A program made the translations under genes and the position numbers. Shown here one piece after another: positions 9,671 through 18,987 of a stretch of 64,000 nt of DNA. Under the pieces are notes generated by a model. That model saw only the letters and a program-made list of their open reading frames with translations, was not told where the DNA came from and did not search any database. The number at the start of each line of letters is the position of its first letter. Positions within the stretch are counted from its first letter, which is position 1. Origin of the DNA: Candidatus Latescibacterota bacterium (GTDB taxonomy: Bacteria; Latescibacterota; UBA2968; UBA8231); the NCBI GenBank assembly GCA_965219385.1, contig CBDCNM010000002.1:3482305-3546304 (forward strand), given 5' to 3'.

Positions 9671-11038
9671 ATGCCTGTAATCATTATTGCCATTGCCCTA
9701 TACATCCTTCTTCCAAGTGGGTCTATTGCCCTCGCCGACAACCAGACGCACAAATACACTTTGGGGGAACTCATAGCCCGAACTTCGAGTTACAATGGAG
9801 AAGTCCACGAAGCGCGCTGGCGCGTCGAGGGGGCCGCGGCCCAGTTGCGTCAGGCCCGAGCGGCCCGCTTCCTGCCCCGCTTGCGCCTGGAGGACAAAAG
9901 CGGGCTCGCACCCGACGCCCAGGGCGATATCCTGAACCCACAGAAGGATACAAGACTCATCCCGGAGCTGGGGCCTTTCACCCGCATCGAACTCGAATTT
10001 GTCCAGCCCCTCTATACCTTTGGACAGCTTTCCAGCTTGATAGACGCCGCCGAGGGGGGCCTGGAAGTCGAAGAGGCCTCCCTGGCCGAAAAACATCTGG
10101 ATGTCGTGTTTGAAATCCAGGAACTCTACTACGGCATTCTTCAAGCTCAGGACCTCCAGAACCTGGCGCGGCGCCTCTCCGACAAAATAGACGAGAAAAG
10201 GAGAGAGATGGACGAGGAAGAGGCTCCTCTCTCCAGTACCTACAAATTGAAGCTGGCCATACTGAACCTGAAAAAACAAGAGCGCATCATCGCCAATAAG
10301 CTGGAACTGGCCCGGGATGCCCTGGCGTGGAAGGTCGGCCTTCCCCCGGATCCGCCCATCCAGCTGGCGGACCCGGGCCTCGAACCAATAAAAGTCGCCT
10401 TGCCTCCGCTGGACCCCCTGGTCAGTCTGGCCCGGGCCAACCGCCCGGACTGGCGCAAGTTGCAATCCGGCATTCAGGCCAAAGATGCCTTGCAAAAGGC
10501 CGCCCACAGGGCCTACTATCCTCAGATCTTTCTGGCCGGAGGTATGCGCTATGGCGTGGCTCCCGGTCGCACCAACCTCGACAACCCCTTTGTCGATGAC
10601 GATTACAATTTTTTCGACGTCGGGGCCGTGGTCGGCTTCCGCCAATCCTTTGAATGGGGTTTATTGGGCGCCGATCTGGACAAGGCCAGGGCCGAATACC
10701 ACGAACTCAAGGCCAAGAAGAGCGCGGCCGAGGAGGGCATCAGGCTCGAGGTCAAACGCTCGTACGTGGATTTTAAAGAGGCTGCGGAGGACCTGGAGAC
10801 CATGCGCCACACCCGCAAGCTCACCAAGCAATGGCTCAAAGAGGCCCTGGATGCATACGACCTGGATCCCGACGAGGTCAAGGAACTGGTCCGTGCTTTT
10901 GAAGCCTGGGCCGGGGAAGAGCAAAGGTATTACGAGACGGTTTATAGATTCAATCTGAGCGTTGCCAATCTGGAACGAACCATAGGTGGCATCTCCTTGA
11001 GAAAAAACAATGATGCAACAGGCCCTGACCATCGATAA
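9671..11038 (+). CDS. TolC-family outer membrane factor
   Basis: Signal peptide; two OEP-like repeats (ARFLP.L..QPLYTFG; NRPD..AYYPQI..EVKRSY..ANLERTIG). Confidence 0.88.
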   Translation: MPVIIIAIALYILLPSGSIALADNQTHKYTLGELIARTSSYNGEVHEARWRVEGAAAQLRQARAARFLPRLRLEDKSGLAPDAQGDILNPQKDTRLIPELGPFTRIELEFVQPLYTFGQLSSLIDAAEGGLEVEEASLAEKHLDVVFEIQELYYGILQAQDLQNLARRLSDKIDEKRREMDEEEAPLSSTYKLKLAILNLKKQERIIANKLELARDALAWKVGLPPDPPIQLADPGLEPIKVALPPLDPLVSLARANRPDWRKLQSGIQAKDALQKAAHRAYYPQIFLAGGMRYGVAPGRTNLDNPFVDDDYNFFDVGAVVGFRQSFEWGLLGADLDKARAEYHELKAKKSAAEEGIRLEVKRSYVDFKEAAEDLETMRHTRKLTKQWLKEALDAYDLDPDEVKELVRAFEAWAGEEQRYYETVYRFNLSVANLERTIGGISLRKNNDATGPDHR

Positions 11039-12377
11039 AATCCTGAACTTTAATTTTTTTCTCCTGTTTTTTCCCCTTCTCATAGCAGGCCAACAAACCC
11101 ATGCTAGCGTCGTTGGCTCCCTGCAGCCGGAGGTAGAGGCCCTGAACAAACTCCTGTCAAATCCCGGCAAGGATCCACAACAGGCTCTCCAACAACTCCT
11201 GGCCCAGACCGTCAACCTCGAACGTCTGACCGAGATAACCTTCTCGGATTACTGCGAAGACAGCCTGGAGTCCTACGAGGAAGGCCTGGTGGACTCAGCG
11301 CACCAGCACCTTGTCGGGCTCTGCCAGCAACAACTCGCCGAGGTCTATCGGAAGCGACTCATCGCAGACCTAACCACAAACCTCCGCCGGGCGGCCCTAG
11401 ACTCCCTCTACATCGATGGCTACCACATATCCGGGGACGAGGGTTACGTAGAAATCGCGGAGCAAAGCTCGGAGGAGGCGACTCGCCTGCGCTGCTATGT
11501 GCACCAGGTCGGAAAGAAGTGGATGATCGAGGATCTGGCTGTCGACGGCAAACTCGTCAGCGAGACCTACCGCGAAATCTGCAGCGACATCCTGGATAAA
11601 AACTACTCCCTGCCGGTCCTGACGGCCCGTCTTTTGCGCCAGGATTACATCGTTCTGGAGGATTTTTCCACCACCCCTCCCCGGCAGTTGCCCAGGGACT
11701 GGGGCTGGCACCCTAAGGACGAGAAAAAGCCCAAGCTGTACCATGTCGAAATCGAGAATGGCCGGTCCTACCTGGCGGCCCAGGACACCGGGCACACCGT
11801 GATTCTGCTCAAGTACTCCCATTGGAACCCGCGCAAGTACCCGATCATGACCTGGTGCTGGCGAGCCAATGCCCTGCCGCCAGGTGGGAATGAGCGCTTG
11901 AACCATGCCAACGATAGCGCCGCCGGCCTCTACGTGATCTTCTCTGCTAACTGGCTGGGCGTGTTCAAACAGATCAAATACGTATGGAGTTCGACCCTGC
12001 CCGAGGGTACAGTAGACCGGCGCAAAAAAATCTTCCGCCCCTGGTTCTTCGTGGTCGAAAGCGGAGAGAAAAACCTGGGCAAGTGGACCTTTGAACAGGC
12101 CGATATCTACAAAGCTCACAAGCGCGTATTCGGCGGCAGCAAGCCGAAAAAACGCACCATTGGCCTGGGACTTCTCACCGATGCCAACAATACAAATTCC
12201 TATGCCGAAGCCTTTTATGCGGATATAAGGGTTTGGACCAGGGAAGCCCAGAAAAAAGGTCTGATCGTGGACCACTGCACCTTTTGCGAAGAGACGACAG
12301 ATGGGATGGCTGGGGACGACTACGGAAGCTTGTTCTCGCAGAGCCGGGAAAACACCCTGGAGGGACACAAAAAATGA
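11010..12377 (+). CDS. Secreted MlaC-like + DUF3047 fusion protein
   Basis: N-half ends KWMIEDLAVDGKLVSETYR (MlaC/Ttg2D C-terminal motif). C-half has YPIMTWCWRA...DSAAGLYVIF...IKYVWSSTLP...GLLTDANNT...AFYADI (DUF3047-like). Confidence 0.72.
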   Translation: MMQQALTIDKILNFNFFLLFFPLLIAGQQTHASVVGSLQPEVEALNKLLSNPGKDPQQALQQLLAQTVNLERLTEITFSDYCEDSLESYEEGLVDSAHQHLVGLCQQQLAEVYRKRLIADLTTNLRRAALDSLYIDGYHISGDEGYVEIAEQSSEEATRLRCYVHQVGKKWMIEDLAVDGKLVSETYREICSDILDKNYSLPVLTARLLRQDYIVLEDFSTTPPRQLPRDWGWHPKDEKKPKLYHVEIENGRSYLAAQDTGHTVILLKYSHWNPRKYPIMTWCWRANALPPGGNERLNHANDSAAGLYVIFSANWLGVFKQIKYVWSSTLPEGTVDRRKKIFRPWFFVVESGEKNLGKWTFEQADIYKAHKRVFGGSKPKKRTIGLGLLTDANNTNSYAEAFYADIRVWTREAQKKGLIVDHCTFCEETTDGMAGDDYGSLFSQSRENTLEGHKK

Positions 12378-13024
12378 GGTGTGGCCTGCTCTGGAAACTG
12401 GGGCTGGGAGGGCTCTTCCTGTTCTCTACCCTGTCTGTGGCCAGGGCCCAGGAAAACGCGGTAACAACGGCGGACGAGGCATCGTCCTCCCCCACTGCGT
12501 TTCTACAGGCCCACGACGCCCGGGCTCAAGACATTCTGGCCCAGGCCCCCGGGGATTCGCTCTCGGCAAAACTGCGCCAGCAGTTCAAAGATCACATCAA
12601 TGCTGCCTTTGATTTCAAAAAGTTGAGCCGGCTTTCCCTGGGCTCTCACTGGAAAGAGCGCAGCGCGGACGAACGCACCGAATTCACCCGGGTTTTCAGC
12701 GGCATAATCGCGGTTAAAAACTTCGATGCCTTCCTGAGCTACTACCGCAAAGGCGACATCGCCTACCAAGAGGAAACCCTCCAGGGCTCCCAAGCCACGG
12801 TCAAAGCCCTGGTCCCTACCGAAAAGGGAGAGAAGGTCGAGGTTGTCTATTATCTGCATCTGGTAGAAGACCGGTGGCGCGTCTACGATCTGGCCATCGA
12901 CGGGGCGAGTACCGCCGACGGCAATAAGCGGCAGTACGCCCGCTACATCAAGAAAAGATCCTACGAGGAACTCATTCAGCGACTCCACCAACAACTCGAC
13001 CGTCTTACCAGTAAAAACAACTGA
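12374..13024 (+). CDS. MlaC/Ttg2D (HpnM-like) periplasmic lipid shuttle
   Basis: Start moved to the ATG at 12374 (ATGA overlap, signal peptide). FDFKKLSRLSLG.HW...ER.EF and WRVYDLAIDG motifs. Confidence 0.88.
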   Translation: MRCGLLWKLGLGGLFLFSTLSVARAQENAVTTADEASSSPTAFLQAHDARAQDILAQAPGDSLSAKLRQQFKDHINAAFDFKKLSRLSLGSHWKERSADERTEFTRVFSGIIAVKNFDAFLSYYRKGDIAYQEETLQGSQATVKALVPTEKGEKVEVVYYLHLVEDRWRVYDLAIDGASTADGNKRQYARYIKKRSYEELIQRLHQQLDRLTSKNN

Positions 13025-13032
13025 CCCTTTCC

Positions 13033-15420
13033 ATGCGCATAAACTACGACCGTCTGGTTCACTACATATACCACCACCACACCGCCATTGTTATCCTGTC
13101 GGTTCTCCTGGCGCTTGTGTCAGGGTATTTTGCGGTTCAGCTGGTCGGCCGGATCAATACCGACAATGCCGGCTTGCTGCCGCAAGACTACATCAGCGTC
13201 CGCGAGTTGAACCGCATCAAGGAGCGGGTCGGCGGCATCGGCCCCCTCATGGTGGTCATCACCGGGGACGACCTCGACAAATCCGTCGAGTTCCTCCAGG
13301 TAGTGGCCGATTCGCTCGAGCGCAACCCGCTCATAAGTTCGGTCAGCAGGGGGAAAAATCCGAAATTTGGAGACCAGAACCGCTTCCTCTACATGGACCT
13401 GGTAGACCTGGAGACCATCTACGCCCGCCTGGACGACCACCTAGAGCTACAAAAACTAAAACAGTCGCCGATCTACGTTCCCCTGGATGAAGAGGAAGAG
13501 GATGGACTCGATTTTTCGGATATAGAGGCTAAGTACGAGAGCCAGGACGGAACCAACCATCTGGGCAAGACCTACTACCTGACCAAGGAGGGAAACGGGG
13601 TCGTTCTCAGGGTCTATCCTTCCGGTGTTATAACGGACGGCGAGTTTACCAAGGCCCTTCTCGAAAGCATTGATCGCACCATCGAGACCATAAACCCCCG
13701 AAAAAATTTTCATCCCAGCATAGAGCATGAATACAGCGGTAGTTTCAAAAACGCCAACGATCAGTACAATATCATCAAGGATGATCTGCAATCCACGGCC
13801 CTCTACGCCTTCCTGGGCGTGCTGCTGCTGATCTCGATTTACTTCCGCCAGATTTTATCCCCCCTCTTAATCGTCTTACCTTTGCTCATCAGTATCTCCT
13901 GGACCTTTGGGCTGACCTTCCTGGTCATCGGCAACCTCAACCAGATCACCGTCAGTCTCTTTGCGGTTTTGTTTGGTCTGGGAATCGATTTCGGCATCCA
14001 CATCTTCGCCCGTTATCGCGAAGCCCGCCGCCGCGGCATGGAGGTGGAACAGGCGCTCAGCGAAACCGTTTGCCACACCGGCAACGCCCTGACCACGACC
14101 ACAGCGACCACTTCACTGGCGTTTTTTGCGCTGTTGTTCACCGACTTCAAGGGCTTTTCCGAATTCGGTTTCATCGTCGGCCTGGGGATTCTCTTCTCCC
14201 TGATTGCCATGCTCGTCACCTGTCCGGCCTTCATCGTCCTAGCCGAGCGCCTCCGGCTCATGCGGCTTCATCTAAAGGATGCTCCCGAGCACCTTCTCAG
14301 ACGCGGTGCCTATCCCCTGCCTTACCTTACCCTCTTCCTGGGCTTGCTGGCCACGGGCTATTCGCTCTACCATATAAATGCCCTGGAATTCGAGTACGAC
14401 TTCCACAACCTCAAGCCCCAAAAGCTCCTGACCGGAACCAAAGCCAGCATACCCGAAGCCCTCAAGGAGACCCGTTCCCCGGCCATTGTCCTGACCGAAA
14501 GCTTCGCAGAAGCCCAGGAGGTGGTGGAGACCGTCAAACAGATCAAACGCCGCAATGGAGAGGCATCTACCATCAGCTCGGTTAAGAGCGTGTATTCCGC
14601 CCTGCCCCCCAAACAGCCTGAAAAGCTGGAACTCATCGCCCGCATCAAAGGCCTGCTGGACGACTCCGAGGACCTGTTCGACGAGGCCCAGCGCGCCCGG
14701 GTGGATTCTCTCAGACCCTACCTGGAGGTCCGCGCCCTTACCCTGGAGGACTTGCCCACTGATATAACCAACAAGTTTACCAGCAAAGAGGGCGAGATCC
14801 TGAACTTCGTGATGATCAATGCGGCCGTGGCTCTGCGCCACGGCAAGAACGCCATGCATTTTGCCGACGAAATCAGCACCATCCAGGCGCCCTCGGGCAA
14901 GACCTATTATGCCTCCAGCGCCCACATCATCTTCGCCGAAATGTTGCGGCTCATGCTCGACGACAGCTACCTGGCCATCATCTTGACCCTGCTGGTGGTC
15001 ACTACGGTGCTATTCATCGATCTCCGGCGCTTCACCGACACCCTGCTGGTGCTGACCCCACTGCTCACCGGAATCGCCTGGGTGATTGGCTTTATGTACC
15101 TCTTCGATATCGAGTTGAACGCCTACAATATAGTCGCCTTCCCCACCATAATCGGCATGGGTATCGACAATGGGGTGCACATCTTCCACCGCTATCGCGA
15201 AGCCGGTAAAGGCTCGATGCGGCTGGTCCTGCACACCACGGGCGTGGCCTTGATCGCCACTTCCCTGACCACCATGGTGGGCTTTGCCGGTCTGGTGCCG
15301 GCCAAGCATCCGGCCGTATCTTCCATAGGTATCGTATCCCTGATCGGCCTGGGGTGCTGCTTTGTCACCTCGGTCACGCTCTTGCCTGCCCTCCTGCAGA
15401 TACGCGAGAAGAGGGGCTGA
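13033..15420 (+). CDS. MMPL/RND-family lipid transporter (HpnN-like)
   Basis: 795 aa; two RND halves with GLGIDFGIH and GMGIDNGVH TM4/TM10 motifs. Confidence 0.9.
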   Translation: MRINYDRLVHYIYHHHTAIVILSVLLALVSGYFAVQLVGRINTDNAGLLPQDYISVRELNRIKERVGGIGPLMVVITGDDLDKSVEFLQVVADSLERNPLISSVSRGKNPKFGDQNRFLYMDLVDLETIYARLDDHLELQKLKQSPIYVPLDEEEEDGLDFSDIEAKYESQDGTNHLGKTYYLTKEGNGVVLRVYPSGVITDGEFTKALLESIDRTIETINPRKNFHPSIEHEYSGSFKNANDQYNIIKDDLQSTALYAFLGVLLLISIYFRQILSPLLIVLPLLISISWTFGLTFLVIGNLNQITVSLFAVLFGLGIDFGIHIFARYREARRRGMEVEQALSETVCHTGNALTTTTATTSLAFFALLFTDFKGFSEFGFIVGLGILFSLIAMLVTCPAFIVLAERLRLMRLHLKDAPEHLLRRGAYPLPYLTLFLGLLATGYSLYHINALEFEYDFHNLKPQKLLTGTKASIPEALKETRSPAIVLTESFAEAQEVVETVKQIKRRNGEASTISSVKSVYSALPPKQPEKLELIARIKGLLDDSEDLFDEAQRARVDSLRPYLEVRALTLEDLPTDITNKFTSKEGEILNFVMINAAVALRHGKNAMHFADEISTIQAPSGKTYYASSAHIIFAEMLRLMLDDSYLAIILTLLVVTTVLFIDLRRFTDTLLVLTPLLTGIAWVIGFMYLFDIELNAYNIVAFPTIIGMGIDNGVHIFHRYREAGKGSMRLVLHTTGVALIATSLTTMVGFAGLVPAKHPAVSSIGIVSLIGLGCCFVTSVTLLPALLQIREKRG

Positions 15421-15454
15421 GCCAAAATCGGGCCCGTGCATTTCCCGCTAAAAT

Positions 15455-15490
15455 AAAAAAAGACCGATCAAATCACTTTGACCGGTCTTT
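15455..15490 (-). terminator. Rho-independent terminator, probably bidirectional, between the MMPL gene and tRNA-Gly
   Basis: Hairpin AAAGACCGATCAAA-TCAC-TTTGACCGGTCTTT with an A-tract that reads as a U-run on the minus strand. Confidence 0.7.
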
Positions 15491-15522
15491 CCCGATAGAC
15501 AAATAAACAATATGTTATAAAT

Positions 15523-15598
15523 TGGAGCGGGAGACGGGACTCGAACCCGCGACAGCCACGTTGGCAACGTGAGGCTCTACCAACTGAGCTACTCCCGC
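15523..15598 (-). tRNA. tRNA-Gly (GCC)
   Basis: Minus strand GCGGGAG TA GCTC AGTTGGTA GAGC C TCACG TTGCCAA CGTGG CTGTC GCGGG TTCGAGT CCCGT CTCCCGC T CCA: full cloverleaf, GCC anticodon, U73, encoded CCA, 76 nt. Confidence 0.97.
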
Positions 15599-15618
15599 TT
15601 TTAGCCGTCAAGGAGTAA

Positions 15619-15647
15619 AATATAAGGATGAGTCGGCATCAAGTCAA
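15619..15647 (-). promoter_or_regulatory. sigma70 promoter of tRNA-Gly
   Basis: Minus strand TTGACT-17 nt-TATATT, about 20 nt upstream of the tRNA. Confidence 0.7.
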
Positions 15648-18600
15648 GATTCTCAGAGCATGTATACTACCTGCCGCAAGCCTCGTGTACTTGTGGCTGT
15701 TTCCGGGGTGTGGTACAGATACCTCGCCGCAAGCCCGGCAACAGGTCCGCTGGCACAACAACCAAGGCGTGGTTTACATGGACCAGCACAACTACACCCG
15801 GGCCAGTCGCGAATTCAAGCAGGCCATTGCCCTCGAGTCCAGGTATGCCAACGGGCATGCCAACCTCGCCATTGCCTATTACAGCCTCGGCCAGTACGAC
15901 AGCGCCATGGTGAGCCTGCAAACCGCCCTGCAACACGACCCGGAGCACCTCCACGCCCACTATACCCTGGGCCTGATCTACAATGCCCAGGGCAAAGAAA
16001 ACGAAAAGGCCCTCAAATCCTTTGAAACCGTCCTTCAGGTCGACCCCGACGATCCCCTGGTACACTACTATATCGGGCAGGTAAAAGCCAAACTGGAGCG
16101 GCGCCAGGAAGCCATCGAGGAGTTTCACCACGCCATCCGTCTGGATCCCGTCAATGTCTCGGCCCACTATGCCCTCGCCAACCAACTCAGACGCCTCGGG
16201 CGCCAGGAAGAATGGCAGGAGGCCCTGGACAAGTTCAACCGGCTCAGCAAGGCCGGTCACCAAGGCATCAGCTCCTCGTACCAGGGCCAGGGCAAATACG
16301 CCGAAGCCATAACCGATGCCGGCTATTCCGACCCGGGCAAAGACGATATCAAGGGCCCGGTGCGATTTTCGCAGACCGCCCGGTTGCTCCAACTCCCGCC
16401 AGGCGGCCTGAGTTTTGCCACGGCTGTGGACTGGGATCGGGACGCTGATCCAGATCTGCTGATCGGCGGCGATGTGCCCCTGGCCTACCGCAGAGAGGGT
16501 GCGGCCTTTTCTCCGGCTACCGACGTAAACTTCTCGGTACCCGAACCCTTTGCAATCAGGGATGCGACTTTCGGGGACTGGGACAACGACGGCCATCCCG
16601 ATCTGGTGCTGAGCGGCACCCAAACCCTGTTGCTGTACAACGACGGGGCCGGCAGCTGGACCTCCACCGACGCTACGCTACCCCCGGCCATCCGGTCCGT
16701 CTTTGCCGATGTGGATCACGATGGCGACCTCGACCTGCTGGTGCTGGGGAAAGCTGGTTTTCAGCTCCTGGCCAATGATGGCAAGGGCGCCTTCAGCGCT
16801 ATCACGGCACGGGCCGGCCTCGCTTCCACCGATGTGGCCCACCAGGTGATTTTCTTCGACTTCGACAACGACCGGGACATCGATTTCCTCGTCTTGAAAA
16901 CCGGCTCGGCCCAGCTCTTTACCAACAACCGCGATGGCACCTTCTCGGATATTGCCCCCTCTGTGGGGCTACGCTCTATCGACGCGGTGGATATCTGCGT
17001 GGAGGACTTCGATCAGGATGGCTACATGGACGTGTGCAGCCTCTCCGCCAGCGGGGTGCTGACCCTCTACACCAACAAGCAAGGCGAGCAATTCGTCGCT
17101 TCACTTCTACCTTCCCTGTCCCAGAAACCGGCTTACGGCTTGCGCCCGGCCGACTTTGACAACGACGGCGATACCGATCTGCTGGTCTTCGGTGCCCAGG
17201 GAATCCACCTCCTCTCCCAGTACCAGCACCAGTTCCACCTTCAAGACCAGGCCCTGGAGGCAGGCACCAGTACCGAACAGGTAGTGGTCGCCGATTTCGA
17301 TGGCAATGGCACAATGGACATCTGGGCGGAGGGAAAAGAGTGGCGCAATGAAACTACGGGGCACTGGATCGAGATCGCCCTCCAGGGGTTGAACAGCAAC
17401 CACGACGGCATCGGCACCAAGGTCGAGGTGAAGACCACCAATCGTCTGCAAAAAAAGGAAGTGCGGGGTAGCAGCCAAGATTCGAGGACGCTGCTTTTTG
17501 GCCTGGCCGAGGAGGACTCAGTAGAGTTCATCCGCATCCTCTGGCCCGGTGGGGTGCGCCAGACCGAGTTGGCCGCTCCTGCCCTGCAACGCCTCGAACT
17601 CACCGAACTCGACCGCAAGGGCACTTCCTGCCCCATCCTCTACGCCTGGGACGGAGAAGAGTTCCGCTTTGTCACCGATATCCTCGGCGGCGCCATCATC
17701 GGTTATCTGACCGCCCCCGGCCAATACTATACACCGGATACCGATGAGTATGTGCCGCTGGAAAAAATCGCTCCCCGGGACGGCTACTACGTCCTGCAGA
17801 TCGCCAATCAACTCGAAGAAATCGTTTACCTGGATGCGGTCCACTTACTGGCCGTGGACCACTCGCCCACCCTTGAGGTATTCCCCAATGAACGCCTGCT
17901 CTCGGCGCCACCCTATCCTGAATTTCACCTCTATCCCTTGAAAGACCTGCGCGCTCCCCGGAGCGCTGTTGATGATCGCGGCCAGGATATCATGCCCCAA
18001 CTCAGGGCTGTAGACGACGACTGGTACGACAGCTTCGAATCCATCCGCATCCACGGCTACGCCACCGATCACACCATTATTCTGGATCTGGGCGATCTCG
18101 GACGAGACAAACACCCGGTCCTCCTGGCCCACGGCTGGGTCAATTACGCCCATTCCACCTCGAACTGGGCCGCGGCCCAGCAGGGACTCGGCCTCTACCC
18201 TCCCAGAGTGGAGGTCCCCGATCAAAACGGCAACTGGATCGTTGCAAGCACGGATATGGGCTGTCCGGCCGGCTTGCCCAAGCACATGCTCTTCGACCTG
18301 AAGGATATCTTCAAAAACCGTGATTACCGCTTGCGCATCACCACCAACGCGGCGATCTACTGGGACCAGTTCCAGGTGGGCACCAAGGTAGAGGCCCCCC
18401 TCCAGACCCACCGCCTGCGCTCCGCCCGCAGCGATTTGCACCGGCGCGGTTATCCCCGGCACACCTCCATCAAGAACACCTTTGCCTTCCGCTATCACTA
18501 CGACCAGCTCGAGATCGAAGCCGATTGGGGCACCCATGCCGGGGCTTTTACCCGCCTGGGGGAAGTTGGAGAATTACTGCACCAGGTGGACGACCGCTAC

Positions 18601-18879
18601 GTGATCATGCTACATGGGGATGAACTCACCGTGGAGTTCGCCGCTACCGCCCTGCCGCCCCTGCAACCGGGTCTCAAGCGCAGCTTCCTGCTCTATGCCG
18701 ATGGCTTTGGCAAGGACATGGACTTTCACTCGGCGCATTCCCTCACCGTCGAGCCCCTGCCCTTTCACGGCATGTCGTCCTATCCCTACCCGGCCGACGA
18801 GACCTACCCACAGGACGAGGCCCATCTGGACTATCTGCTGGAATACAATACTCGGTGGATCAAGGGTTATTATGAGTGA
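15628..18879 (+). CDS. TPR + FG-GAP/VCBS + ASPIC/UnbV (CRTAC1-like) protein, probable lipoprotein
   Basis: Hydrophobic leader ending FPGC, about 5 TPRs, repeated D-x-D-x-D-G-x-x-D motifs, N.DGIGTKVEV...FGL...I.WPGG (UnbV), then a SCPILYAWDG C-terminal region. Start uncertain because it overlaps the tRNA promoter. Confidence 0.85.
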   Translation: MSRHQVKILRACILPAASLVYLWLFPGCGTDTSPQARQQVRWHNNQGVVYMDQHNYTRASREFKQAIALESRYANGHANLAIAYYSLGQYDSAMVSLQTALQHDPEHLHAHYTLGLIYNAQGKENEKALKSFETVLQVDPDDPLVHYYIGQVKAKLERRQEAIEEFHHAIRLDPVNVSAHYALANQLRRLGRQEEWQEALDKFNRLSKAGHQGISSSYQGQGKYAEAITDAGYSDPGKDDIKGPVRFSQTARLLQLPPGGLSFATAVDWDRDADPDLLIGGDVPLAYRREGAAFSPATDVNFSVPEPFAIRDATFGDWDNDGHPDLVLSGTQTLLLYNDGAGSWTSTDATLPPAIRSVFADVDHDGDLDLLVLGKAGFQLLANDGKGAFSAITARAGLASTDVAHQVIFFDFDNDRDIDFLVLKTGSAQLFTNNRDGTFSDIAPSVGLRSIDAVDICVEDFDQDGYMDVCSLSASGVLTLYTNKQGEQFVASLLPSLSQKPAYGLRPADFDNDGDTDLLVFGAQGIHLLSQYQHQFHLQDQALEAGTSTEQVVVADFDGNGTMDIWAEGKEWRNETTGHWIEIALQGLNSNHDGIGTKVEVKTTNRLQKKEVRGSSQDSRTLLFGLAEEDSVEFIRILWPGGVRQTELAAPALQRLELTELDRKGTSCPILYAWDGEEFRFVTDILGGAIIGYLTAPGQYYTPDTDEYVPLEKIAPRDGYYVLQIANQLEEIVYLDAVHLLAVDHSPTLEVFPNERLLSAPPYPEFHLYPLKDLRAPRSAVDDRGQDIMPQLRAVDDDWYDSFESIRIHGYATDHTIILDLGDLGRDKHPVLLAHGWVNYAHSTSNWAAAQQGLGLYPPRVEVPDQNGNWIVASTDMGCPAGLPKHMLFDLKDIFKNRDYRLRITTNAAIYWDQFQVGTKVEAPLQTHRLRSARSDLHRRGYPRHTSIKNTFAFRYHYDQLEIEADWGTHAGAFTRLGEVGELLHQVDDRYVIMLHGDELTVEFAATALPPLQPGLKRSFLLYADGFGKDMDFHSAHSLTVEPLPFHGMSSYPYPADETYPQDEAHLDYLLEYNTRWIKGYYE

Positions 18880-18987
18880 TCTTATTGGTCGGTATCCATG
18901 GCACAGCGGAAGCCAATGTAGTCGTTTGACCCTTGCAGGGATATTTTATCCAACAATCCCTCTGACTTTGACTCAGTAACATAACTG

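Noticed and set aside
15523..15598. tRNA-Gly as an island integration site
   Set aside because: No integrase and no duplicate of the tRNA 3' end seen in the window.
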